DNA of 64,000 nt from a virus, in the IMG/VR virus record IMGVR_UViG_3300034122_002094; one strand, 5' to 3'. Shown here in pieces: positions 7,080-15,571 of the stretch. The first letter of the stretch is position 1. Each line of letters opens with the position of its first letter. Both the position numbers and the translations under genes were made by a program. The notes under the pieces were generated by a model that saw only the letters and a program-made list of their open reading frames with translations, made no database searches and was not told where the DNA came from.

Positions 7080-7173
7080 TCGCCAGGTGTGGCATCGAAC
7101 CACAACCTTCAGTTCGCTCTTCTCTAGTAGGAGACGAGTCTGATCTGATGCTCTACCCTAGAGCTCCCTGGCG
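7080..7173 (-). ncRNA. tRNA-like RNA with extended anticodon hairpin (~23 extra nt)
   Basis: CGCCAGG/CCTGGCG, D GCTC/GAGC, TCAG..CTC-G-TCTC-CTACTA-GAGA-A-GAG..CTGA. Confidence 0.7.
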
Positions 7174-7292
7174 GGAATTTTCGCCAGAGTCTTTTTACAA
7201 GGACTGGCTGCCTTGACTGGAGCTTGTTGGGCTTGGTCGACATTACCCAACTGGCCGTTACCAGCGTACCGCACACCTGTGACAGTGTGGGA

Positions 7293-7359
7293 TGCCAGGA
7301 GATGGACTTGCACCATCACCACCAACTCCGCGTTAGTGTGCTGCTTACACTACCCTGGC
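7293..7359 (-). ncRNA. tRNA-like RNA with 5-nt anticodon loop
   Basis: GCCAGGG/TCCTGGC, ACTAAC-GCGGA-GTTGGT, GATGG-TGCAAGT-CCATC. Confidence 0.6.
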
Positions 7360-7444
7360 GATCGCCATTTTTGCTGGATGGCTTACCAGTTTTGCCTGAG
7401 CTGTAAAGGTCACACTCGTGAGTGATCGCTGTGAGGCCAGGCAG

Positions 7445-7518
7445 TAGCGGTGGTGGGATTCGCACCCACGATCTCAGACTTATGAGGCCTGCGAGGACGG
7501 CTACTCCTCTACACCGCA
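7445..7518 (-). tRNA. tRNA-Met(CAT), possibly initiator type
   Basis: CAGGC-CTCATAA-GTCTG; 1:72 mismatch. Confidence 0.8.
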
Positions 7519-7591
7519 AGCAAGTGAAGGGACTCGAACCCTTAATCTCCACCGTGGCGGGGTGGCGCGCTACCAATTGCGCTACACTCGC
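7519..7591 (-). tRNA. tRNA-Gly(GCC), C33
   Basis: CCACC-CCGCCAC-GGTGG; U73. Confidence 0.85.
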
Positions 7592-7616
7592 GTTCGCTCT
7601 ATCGAGCGATGAGCAG

Positions 7617-7645
7617 ACTATAACAACTGCTCTGGAACCTGTCAA
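7617..7645 (-). promoter_or_regulatory. sigma70-type promoter driving Gly/Met tRNAs and the tRNA-mimic cluster
   Basis: TTGACA-17 nt-TATAGT. Confidence 0.8.
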
Positions 7646-7677
7646 CAGATTTTGTCAGAATCTTTTGACCTCGAACA

Positions 7678-7755
7678 TCGGCGCCCTGAGAATCGAACTC
7701 AGTTGCTTTCGCGGCGGGGTTACAGTCCGCAGCTCGTCCATCGAGCATGACGCCG
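7678..7755 (-). tRNA. tRNA-Tyr(GTA)
   Basis: GCGG A-CTGTAAC-C CCGC; variable arm. Confidence 0.85.
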
Positions 7756-7758
7756 TCA

Positions 7759-7845
7759 TGGTTGGTCGCCCAGGAATCGCACCTGGCGGCGCATCACACG
7801 CCACCGCATAAAATACGGACCCTGCCGCTTAGCAGGCCTCGACCA
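7759..7845 (-). ncRNA. tRNA-like RNA with encoded CCA, long D stem, long variable arm and 5-nt anticodon loop
   Basis: TGGTCG/CGACCA-A-CCA, CCTGC/GCAGG, CCGTA-TTTTA-TGCGG, CCAGG-TGCGATT-CCTGG. Confidence 0.6.
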
Positions 7846-7846
7846 G

Positions 7847-7920
7847 TGTTCTGGGAGGGGCTTGAACCCCCGACCTGATGGTTCGTAGCCATCCGCTCTA
7901 TCCAACTGAGCTACCAGAAC
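7847..7920 (-). tRNA. tRNA-Arg(ACG)
   Basis: GATGG-CTACGAA-CCATC; A20. Confidence 0.9.
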
Positions 7921-7928
7921 AAGACACA

Positions 7929-7999
7929 TAGCTGGTGGCAGAATCGAACTGCCATTAACCGCTTATCAAGCAGACGTTTTACCACTAAACTAACCAGCC
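7929..7999 (-). tRNA. tRNA-Ile(GAT)
   Basis: CTGC-TTGATAA-GCGG. Confidence 0.85.
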
Positions 8000-8008
8000 T
8001 CACGAACA

Positions 8009-8082
8009 TGCCGCCTCTGAGAATCGAACTCAGGACCTGCGATTTACAAAATCGCTGCTGCTACCAACTGAGCTAAAGCGGC
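8009..8082 (-). tRNA. tRNA-Thr(TGT)
   Basis: GCGAT-TTTGTAA-ATCGC. Confidence 0.9.
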
Positions 8083-8182
8083 GTCGAACGCTTGCACTTT
8101 TAACGTGAAGGGCGTCAACCTCCACAAACATTCTGACCGGATGACTTCTTTATTTAACGTGGGAAACATCCTTCCGCCACAA

Positions 8183-8254
8183 TTGCCAGTCTCGGGATTG
8201 AACCGAGGACCTTGTGCTTGTAAGGCACCTGCTCTTCCGCTGAGCTAACCGGCA
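8183..8254 (-). tRNA. tRNA-Val(TAC)
   Basis: GTGC-CTTACAA-GCAC. Confidence 0.9.
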
Positions 8255-8327
8255 TGGACCTTATGGGAATCGAACCCATCAAAAACTGCTTGCAAGGCAG
8301 CCGTATTCCCCAGCTTACTCAAGGCCC
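8255..8327 (-). tRNA. tRNA-Ala(TGC)
   Basis: GCTGC-CTTGCAA-GCAGT; G3:U70. Confidence 0.9.
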
Positions 8328-8328
8328 T

Positions 8329-8402
8329 TGGGGTGTCCGCCCGGAGTCGCACCGGGACGACCTGCTTCACAGGCAGGTGCTCTTCTGTTGAGCTACGAAC
8401 AC
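8329..8402 (-). tRNA. tRNA-His(GTG)
   Basis: CCTGC-CTGTGAA-GCAGG; C73, encoded CCA; no genomic G-1. Confidence 0.9.
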
Positions 8403-8404
8403 AG

Positions 8405-8475
8405 TGCCAGATAGTGGAGTCGCACCACTTCATTCGGGGTTTCAAGCCGACGCTCTACTGTTGAGCTAATCTGGC
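8405..8475 (-). tRNA. tRNA-Phe(GAA)
   Basis: TCGGC-TTGAAAC-CCCGA. Confidence 0.85.
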
Positions 8476-8504
8476 GAACAGCCGCTCTCGCAGCCGACTT
8501 CTTT

Positions 8505-8533
8505 CTTCTAGTCGAGGCCATCGCAGCCGTCAA
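8505..8533 (-). promoter_or_regulatory. sigma70-like promoter
   Basis: TTGACG-17 nt-TAGAAG, heading a tRNA block. Confidence 0.55.
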
Positions 8534-8634
8534 CGAGAAAGAGAAGATTTTTACACTGGGACGTCTGCACCGCTGAATTCGATTTGTAAGCCGCCGAATT
8601 TTTTAGGTTCGAGGGCTCATCCTGGAGCAGACAG

Positions 8635-8706
8635 TATCGGCACCGGGGATCGAACCCGGTTCTTGGCCTTGAGAGGGCCGAGGTTTACCATATAACCTAT
8701 GCCGAC
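8635..8706 (-). tRNA. tRNA-Glu(CTC)
   Basis: GGCC-CTCTCAA-GGCC. Confidence 0.85.
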
Positions 8707-8840
8707 AAAAAACGGAGCGCGCCATATTGTCCCAAGGCTGTGAGGGCCTCTTTGGTGTGGGTCGCAAATCGTCGCTCCGCGCAGTCCCGTATGCCAAGCC
8801 CTCACGCATTGGCAGAGGCGGGTGCTGCTGTCGAAAAAGC

Positions 8841-8903
8841 AAACGCGGGCTGCCGAGACTTTATTCACCCTGAGGTGTTTTTTGTCTCGGCAGCCCGCGT
8901 TTT
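8841..8903 (-). terminator. Long hairpin after the tail tube gene
   Basis: AAACGCGGGCTGCCGAGAC...GTCTCGGCAGCCCGCGTTT followed by a T tract. Confidence 0.6.
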
Positions 8904-8924
8904 TCACGGGCGGGTTATCTTCGG

Positions 8925-11168
8925 TCAGGGAGCGACCACGTCGTAACGTGAGCGGTTGACGAAGAGAACCGTCAGAGCCGAGCCATTGTAGCACTTGTCG
9001 ATCATCGCCATGATCGGGAGGTCATGGGTGACCATCGAGTCGCGACCCTCGATTGCCGGTGTCGAGCCGGTGTAGCGGCAGCGGGGGCAGAAGAAGTAGG
9101 CCTGGTTGGGGATGCCAGTCAGGTCGACGCCCTCGCACGACTGCTCGATGGGCTGAGCACAGCGCCACTCGATGGCGAACTTTGTGCCGTTCTTGAACTT
9201 GGTGTGGTTGGCACCGTTGTCGAACTCTACGTTCAGGGTCGCATCGACATCGCGCGACTGCTCAGGGAGCTCGGCGCGATACTGATCACCGTGAACGTAC
9301 TTGCCCTCTTCCATCGTGTTGGCGATCGTCAGAGAGCTCGACAGCACCTCCTCGATCTCGCCGTCGATGTAGATGATCGACTGGTGCTGAACCAGCGCTC
9401 CGAGCTGCGGCTGGACGATGCCCTGAACAGCGAAGTCCTCAGTCAGCGCCAGCGTCGACGTACCGGTGCCAGTTGCACCAACCACGATCTCTGGGCTTGC
9501 GCCATACGCCAGCACCACCGTGATGACACCGAGGGCCGAGACAGCACTCTCGACAGACAGGTCCTCAGCGATGAGCGCTGCGACGCCTGCGGCGATCGTC
9601 GTGTTGGTGTCGGCACCCGAGGCGACGAACTGGTACGCGCGACCATCGATCTCGACATCGTACTCCTGGAGGTTCGCAGCCGTGCCAGCGATGGTGATCG
9701 TGTAGGTGCGGCTGCCCAGGTTTGCCCATGCGAGGCTCGTGCGCAGATCGACGTTCTCGTTGCGCAGGTGCAGACGAGTGATCGAGGTGTCACCGGTGGC
9801 GTCGTCAGCGAGCTGGTTGACATACAGGCGGACGGTGCCGTCTGCGTTCACCATGATCGAGTTGACCTGGATGTTCGTCTCGTTCTTGATGGTGATCATC
9901 GCTGGAGACTCCAGATCGATCTGCACGCCCAGCGCATACGCCGGGACGAGCTGGACGAACTGGTCGGCCTCCTTCACGAGGATCGACGCAGCGTCAGGCG
10001 CCACGTCAGCCACGAGACGACCCGAGGCATACTCGCGACGACCCATGAACGAGGCGCTGGCTGTGAGGATCGCCTGCTGCTCGAAGTTCGTGACGAGCTG
10101 ACCGATCTTCTGACCGGAGTTGGTCATCACGACCGCATCCTTGTCAGCCTCCAGCGTCAGACCTGGGGGCTGTGTGCGTCCGCCGTCGATGAAGTGAGTG
10201 AAGATCTCGTACTCATCGCCAGGGAAGTTCGCCGCATCGAGCTTGCGCAGGACCCATGCGCCCTTCTGCATACCAGCGATGACAGGGAACGTCGTGCTGT
10301 CACGGTTGATCGAAGGTGCGATGATGACAGCATCACCGACAGCCAGAGCAGCAGCGGGCAGACCCGTCGCGTTGTCAGCAGCCCAGTCAGCCTGGAGCAG
10401 CCAAATGTCGGTGCCGTTACCCGATGCAGGCTGGTCATCAGCCTGGTAGTAGCGGACGCGGACACGATTGGGACCGACATAGGCGATACCCTCTGTCGCC
10501 AGCGGCGGGTTCACCAGCAGACCACCTGGGCCTGTGATGCGCTGGAGGCGAACGCGGAGAGCAGGCGCTGCGGAGTTCGGCGAAGTGGTGCTGGAGACGC
10601 CCAGAGCGGTGATGTACGTCACGACCTGTGGGTTGCTTCGCTGGTAACGGATCGGCTGGCCGCCATCGAGATCGACGAGCGTCAGGAGGCCGTTGCTGCG
10701 GTAGACGTAAGCGATCGCAGGATCGAGCGTCGTGTAGTCCTCGTCGCCCTCCTGTGGGAAGCGGATCGGCGTCTCCTGGAGGAACTCGTGGATGTAGCGC
10801 ACGAGGTTGGTGCCGACGACGGGGATCGTGGTGATGACGTTCTCGCCCTCAAGACGTGCATGGTAGCCGCCGTCACAGCGCTCAATGAGCTGATAGTCGC
10901 CCAGAGCGTTGTAGTAGAGCATACCAGCGCCATCTGGGCCGAGCTCGAACTCGACGTCGCCACCGACATCGAACGTGCCAGGCAGCACGTCGTTGCGATC
11001 GCGGAAGCCGTTGATGCCCTCGGACTCCAGGACGTTCTCTGTCGAGCCCAGCGACTCCGACAGGTGCTCCAGGCGGTGCGTCGGCTTGACGAAGACACCG
11101 AACTGGCTCTCCTGACCGAACTTGAACTGCGAGCGCGCGCCAGCCGCTGCGTTAGTGAGCTTACCCAT
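8925..11168 (-). CDS. Major tail tube protein with inserted domains
   Basis: N-terminal FGQESQFG..SESL..VGGDVEFEL and C-terminal LTIANT..RDVDATLNVEF tube-like segments; synteny. Confidence 0.7.
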   Translation of the reverse strand: MGKLTNAAAGARSQFKFGQESQFGVFVKPTHRLEHLSESLGSTENVLESEGINGFRDRNDVLPGTFDVGGDVEFELGPDGAGMLYYNALGDYQLIERCDGGYHARLEGENVITTIPVVGTNLVRYIHEFLQETPIRFPQEGDEDYTTLDPAIAYVYRSNGLLTLVDLDGGQPIRYQRSNPQVVTYITALGVSSTTSPNSAAPALRVRLQRITGPGGLLVNPPLATEGIAYVGPNRVRVRYYQADDQPASGNGTDIWLLQADWAADNATGLPAAALAVGDAVIIAPSINRDSTTFPVIAGMQKGAWVLRKLDAANFPGDEYEIFTHFIDGGRTQPPGLTLEADKDAVVMTNSGQKIGQLVTNFEQQAILTASASFMGRREYASGRLVADVAPDAASILVKEADQFVQLVPAYALGVQIDLESPAMITIKNETNIQVNSIMVNADGTVRLYVNQLADDATGDTSITRLHLRNENVDLRTSLAWANLGSRTYTITIAGTAANLQEYDVEIDGRAYQFVASGADTNTTIAAGVAALIAEDLSVESAVSALGVITVVLAYGASPEIVVGATGTGTSTLALTEDFAVQGIVQPQLGALVQHQSIIYIDGEIEEVLSSSLTIANTMEEGKYVHGDQYRAELPEQSRDVDATLNVEFDNGANHTKFKNGTKFAIEWRCAQPIEQSCEGVDLTGIPNQAYFFCPRCRYTGSTPAIEGRDSMVTHDLPIMAMIDKCYNGSALTVLFVNRSRYDVVAP

Positions 11169-11171
11169 TTG

Positions 11172-11717
11172 TTACACCTTGTAGGGGACCGTGGATGTGT
11201 AGTCGACCATCTCACGACTATAAGCTGCGTGAATGATGGCGGTTTGCGTCAGGAGCATCTGCTTGACAGCATAGTGTTTATCGACAACCAGAACCTCATG
11301 AATGTTTGCGCCATTGACCAGCCCGTTGAGGTTCTGGTTGCGCCGCACATGGTCCGTCAGGAACGAAGCCACTGTCATGAGATCAACTCGTGTCTGCTGA
11401 GACGTATTTGAGCTGTGAATGTACTGGATATTCACAAAAGCAAGCTGGTGAGTTCTGAAGGTGACGCCAGGGGTCTGTTGCCCGAGAGCTGGAGTATCAA
11501 ACGTCACACGGTTCACCCAGACATGCAGCGAAGGGAGCGACTCGATCGGACCAACATCTGGTGCGTAGCAGTAGTTGGTCGATGGATAAAACTCCCGGAG
11601 CTCAGGGATGGACGTGAAGGCCTCCAGACAGATGTCGGTGACGTTCGCCACCAGATCCGTCATCCAGCCCTTGCCCATCCGAAGCGCGTTCTCGTTCGGA
11701 GATACAACGTGAGCCAT
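11172..11717 (-). CDS. Tail terminator/neck protein (putative)
   Basis: Size and position just upstream of tail tube; AGGTGA SD. Confidence 0.5.
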   Translation of the reverse strand: MAHVVSPNENALRMGKGWMTDLVANVTDICLEAFTSIPELREFYPSTNYCYAPDVGPIESLPSLHVWVNRVTFDTPALGQQTPGVTFRTHQLAFVNIQYIHSSNTSQQTRVDLMTVASFLTDHVRRNQNLNGLVNGANIHEVLVVDKHYAVKQMLLTQTAIIHAAYSREMVDYTSTVPYKV

Positions 11718-11721
11718 GTGA

Positions 11722-14688
11722 TCACCTAAAGTATTCGCTGAAGAGCGAAAATTCTCCAAGTTCTACCGCCCCCTTCAAAAACTTATTCAATTCGTCTTCA
11801 ATGGATGCGCCCTCTGGAGATCTCTCTTTTGCGAACACGCGGTGGAACGCCTGGTTCTTTTTGTACTCACCGATCTCGCGCTGGTAGTCAGTGATGTTCT
11901 GCTCGATGTCAATGGCGAAGTCGAAGCCACCAGTCATGGGGTTCACTGAGCCCACGGATGTGCGACGGTAGTTCGCTGTCAGTCCTGCTCTGGCCGCGTT
12001 GGTTTGCGCGTTGAGGCGTCCTCTGCCGCCCTCTGCCTTGGACATGGCGAACAGGCGCACAAGGCCTCCAAGCTCTCGCTTGGCGCCCACAAGGGCCTTG
12101 TCGTAGGCTTTCTCAATCTGCTCTGCTGGCTCCTTGTATACTGCATTGGCGACATCAACCAGCGCATCAGCCGCGCGACGCCCGAGGATCTTTGGTGACA
12201 GCTCGACGTCCTTCTCCAGCGCATCAAGGTTGTCGATCAAGGAGCGATAAAGCTTTTTGATACGGAAGGCGACATTGTTCTTATCTCTGACCAGAGTCAG
12301 GTTCTTGACTTTGTAGTTGGAGTTGAGCTTCTCGACATCCTGCCTGATCTCAGCCAGAGCGGCAGCGTAGTGCTCGTGGTTCTTTTGATGCTCCTTGACC
12401 ATCTGGAGAACGCGCGACTGAATGCGTCCGTTGGCCTGAGAAAGGTGATAGTTCATCTTTCTCAAATCAGCGTAAGTCTTGGCGATTGTATTGGTGATTT
12501 GAGAGACATGCTCTTGATATGTCTTGAGCCTTGCACCACCGCTTCGCTTGAAGACTCGGGAGCTGCGGTTCCACAGCTTGCGCTCGCGATAGAACTCTTT
12601 GATCTCGTCAGCCGGGAAGCGGATGGCTGTCGGGCCGCTCTTTCGAGCTGGCACAGCGGCCTGAGCCTCTCTGGCAGACTTGACCGCCTGACTCTGCTGG
12701 TAGCGATAGGTCCATCGCATGTCCTCGTTGTCAGTCGCAAAGATCTCGTTGAGCGTGCGCGCGAGCAGCATCATCTCATCGAGACCTGCCTCGCTGTCAC
12801 GCTTCGAGGCGTTGAGGGAGCCTGTAACGGCGAGCAGGTTCTGAGGCAGCGTCTGTCCAGCTCGGACGTATGCGTTGACGTGGTCTCCCTGAGGGCTCTC
12901 AAAGCCCTGTGAAGGGTTTCTCAGGATGGGGACGAGGTTGGAGTTGACTCCGACAAACCTCTCGTCCTGGCGCACGTCCTTGCGGTCGTAGACAGCCTGG
13001 AGGGTCTGTCCATCCTTACCCTTGACGAGGAACCGCTGCTCCATCTCATAAAATAAGGTCATATCCCTTGAGAACTCTGCTGGCAAGATCGAGTAGAGGA
13101 TGTCGTTGACCTTTCGCTCCATCGAATCGCCAGACCCAAAGACAAGTCGCTCTGATGTCTTGTCACCGCGTCCATAGATCGACATGGGGACGACGAGGTT
13201 CTGGATGTCAACCTGCGCAGTCTTCTTCGTGAGTCGATCGCGGATCATGCCCTCCAGGCTCTTGACCATCAGCAGTCGAGACTGTGTGGTCAACGCACGA
13301 GAATATGCTCCATCCTTGAAGATGTCGTTGACGGCAGCCTGATTGGCCCTGAAGGACACGTCAGGGATGTCGACGAACGCTGCAAAGAGCAGCTTTGAGA
13401 TGGTTGAGAGATCGGTGTCATCAAAGATCGACTCCTTGGATCCGTTTGCCATGATCAGGTGAACGTCCTTCAGGATGTCCTTTGAGTCACGCGCCATCTT
13501 GCGGGACTCACCAGCCTTGCCCCTGAGATGGCGCAGCTCGACTGCCTCCTTGTACTCTCTGGAGTCCTTGTCGTATGGCGTCGGCAGGTTGGTTCCTCGG
13601 GCGTTCATGAAGTAGTATCCAGCGATGTCAACTGGATTGTTCTTGAACTTGTGAGCCAAGGTCTTGAGCTGCTGAACCTGCTTCTTCGGATCATCGTTGA
13701 ACAGCTTCAGGAACTCTCCGATATTCAATGTGTCTCTGGACTTTTTGACCTTGTGAGCGTCGGCGGGAGATCGCACCATGACACCAGATCCGGTCATGGT
13801 AATGTCAATGTCCTGAAGCCACTTGGACTGAAGCACACGAGCATCCATCTCAGTCTTGAGTGTTGCAAAGGCTGCCTCTCTCTCGGCGAGCGGCGCGTCA
13901 GCCAGATCAATCACAGTCTGGATCTTATCCAGAGCGTCAGTGATCACAGCCGATCGATCCAGTCCTGTACCAAAGAGGTCACCGCCACCAGTCCCCTCTG
14001 CATCGCCAGACAGCGCCTGAACGATACGCGAGAGCGCCTGGAAATCTGGATCGACGTGCTGGGCAAGGTTCTCAGTCGCCTTCTCAAGCCCCTCTCCACC
14101 GAGCAGGTTCTGGGACATCGCTGCGAAGTAGTCGTTGACCTTGTCTCGCGTGATGAAGGCCTGACCAGACTGATCCTTCTGTGTGAAGCTGTTTGCATAG
14201 AAGCGACGATCGCCGCCACGATCCGAAGCGACCTCGAACTTTACAGAATCAAGGCGCTGTACGATCGTCTCGTACATCTCGTTGAAGCGACGAAGGTATG
14301 TGAGCTCCACAGGGAGAGTAATCACTGTGAAGGAGGTCACAGTCTGGAACGCCGAGCTCTGGATAGAGAGAAACGCCTTGAGGTCGTTGATGCCAGCCTG
14401 AACCTTGACGATGCCGTCAGCAGCGTCTTGCTTGTACTCGAAGAATTTGTTGTTGATGAGCTGGCCATGCACGTTCGCACGGTGAGCGCTGATCACAATA
14501 CCAAACTCGTTCTCAAACACAGCTCGGATCGCCTTGGGGCTGACAGAGCTGAGCGGATCTGTCGCGTGCGACTTGACCTTCTTGGCCAGATTCGCAAGCT
14601 TTCGATCAATGCCCTGGAGGCGGTTCTTGATCGCCGTCTCCTTCGAGGCACTTGTAGACTTCGAGGCACTGCCAGCCTTCTTAGCCAT
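11722..14688 (-). CDS. Large hypothetical virion-module protein
   Basis: ~990-aa ORF in the neck gene block. Confidence 0.6.
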   Translation of the reverse strand: MAKKAGSASKSTSASKETAIKNRLQGIDRKLANLAKKVKSHATDPLSSVSPKAIRAVFENEFGIVISAHRANVHGQLINNKFFEYKQDAADGIVKVQAGINDLKAFLSIQSSAFQTVTSFTVITLPVELTYLRRFNEMYETIVQRLDSVKFEVASDRGGDRRFYANSFTQKDQSGQAFITRDKVNDYFAAMSQNLLGGEGLEKATENLAQHVDPDFQALSRIVQALSGDAEGTGGGDLFGTGLDRSAVITDALDKIQTVIDLADAPLAEREAAFATLKTEMDARVLQSKWLQDIDITMTGSGVMVRSPADAHKVKKSRDTLNIGEFLKLFNDDPKKQVQQLKTLAHKFKNNPVDIAGYYFMNARGTNLPTPYDKDSREYKEAVELRHLRGKAGESRKMARDSKDILKDVHLIMANGSKESIFDDTDLSTISKLLFAAFVDIPDVSFRANQAAVNDIFKDGAYSRALTTQSRLLMVKSLEGMIRDRLTKKTAQVDIQNLVVPMSIYGRGDKTSERLVFGSGDSMERKVNDILYSILPAEFSRDMTLFYEMEQRFLVKGKDGQTLQAVYDRKDVRQDERFVGVNSNLVPILRNPSQGFESPQGDHVNAYVRAGQTLPQNLLAVTGSLNASKRDSEAGLDEMMLLARTLNEIFATDNEDMRWTYRYQQSQAVKSAREAQAAVPARKSGPTAIRFPADEIKEFYRERKLWNRSSRVFKRSGGARLKTYQEHVSQITNTIAKTYADLRKMNYHLSQANGRIQSRVLQMVKEHQKNHEHYAAALAEIRQDVEKLNSNYKVKNLTLVRDKNNVAFRIKKLYRSLIDNLDALEKDVELSPKILGRRAADALVDVANAVYKEPAEQIEKAYDKALVGAKRELGGLVRLFAMSKAEGGRGRLNAQTNAARAGLTANYRRTSVGSVNPMTGGFDFAIDIEQNITDYQREIGEYKKNQAFHRVFAKERSPEGASIEDELNKFLKGAVELGEFSLFSEYFR

Positions 14689-15571
14689 GATCGGGATCCT
14701 CTGTAAGGCAGGTATCGGGGCAAGGGTAGATCTTCTTGAAGTCACATGGTGACAGCATACGTCGAGTGTTCCACTCTCTTACCAGAGTGAGCATGTTGTC
14801 CTGGAGCTTGTCTCCAATCGCTCTTGTCGATGGAGGAAGCCTTGTCTTGTGGGCGATGTAGGTGGCGAGCGTTCGCAGCGCGGTTGCCTTCCATCGCTCA
14901 GAGAAGTGCGCCTGACCATTGCCAGTCTTATCCGCAACCTCAGAGGCAAAGACACCCGAGTAGATGTAATACGCCGACAAGAACTCGGCGACCATCTTGA
15001 TCGCTGGCGGGATGTCTGGCGATACGAACAGACGGTCCTCACCTGGCTGGAGGTAGTGTAGACGACCTCCAGCGCACATGTTGTCGATGTCGATCTCGGT
15101 GTTCTCCAGGAAGTATTCTGCGTCGTCGTTCGAGATGTCAACCTCGAAGTCGATCTTCACGACAGATCCTCTCTGGAAGGTGCCGATCCATGCCGTACTC
15201 GGGATCGTGATGAGCCCCTGGTAATCAAAAGAGGCGCCGATGGAGCCCGAGCCGTAAAGGATCTGGCGCTCATCGTAACCATCCAGCGTCCATCGGTTGT
15301 GGTATACATCGAAGTCTGTCGGCGAGCTGAAGACAATCTGGAGCTGCACTCGGCCCGCCAGCGATGAGGCATAGGTCAGGACAGCCCAGTTGAAGCCGCC
15401 AACAAAGTCCGTCGCGCCCTTCTGGTTGTTTCGGAACTGATTGCCCGCTGCGACGTCAGCGCGCATCTCGACTGTCACTCGCTTGAAGGCGTTCTCGCTA
15501 AAGCGAACACCCTCGCGTCCCGAGGAGCGAAGGATCTTCTTTACGTCGTTCAACGTGCAATATGTAGGCAT
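14681..15571 (-). CDS. Head-tail adaptor (Mu gp36/DUF1320-like)
   Basis: YCTLNDVK start; IDN..G..Y..P..IP..I...LSAYYIY. Confidence 0.55.
   Translation of the reverse strand: MPTYCTLNDVKKILRSSGREGVRFSENAFKRVTVEMRADVAAGNQFRNNQKGATDFVGGFNWAVLTYASSLAGRVQLQIVFSSPTDFDVYHNRWTLDGYDERQILYGSGSIGASFDYQGLITIPSTAWIGTFQRGSVVKIDFEVDISNDDAEYFLENTEIDIDNMCAGGRLHYLQPGEDRLFVSPDIPPAIKMVAEFLSAYYIYSGVFASEVADKTGNGQAHFSERWKATALRTLATYIAHKTRLPPSTRAIGDKLQDNMLTLVREWNTRRMLSPCDFKKIYPCPDTCLTEDPDHG

Noticed and set aside
8712-8815. Theta/HDV-like ribozyme
   Set aside because: No recognisable P3-L3/J4-2 consensus, and it lies 5' rather than 3' of a tRNA
9024-11411. 795-aa plus-strand ORF (also 17440-19272, 13528-14706, 21053-22210, 23015-24172)
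   Set aside because: Antisense shadows of codon-biased structural genes on the minus strand
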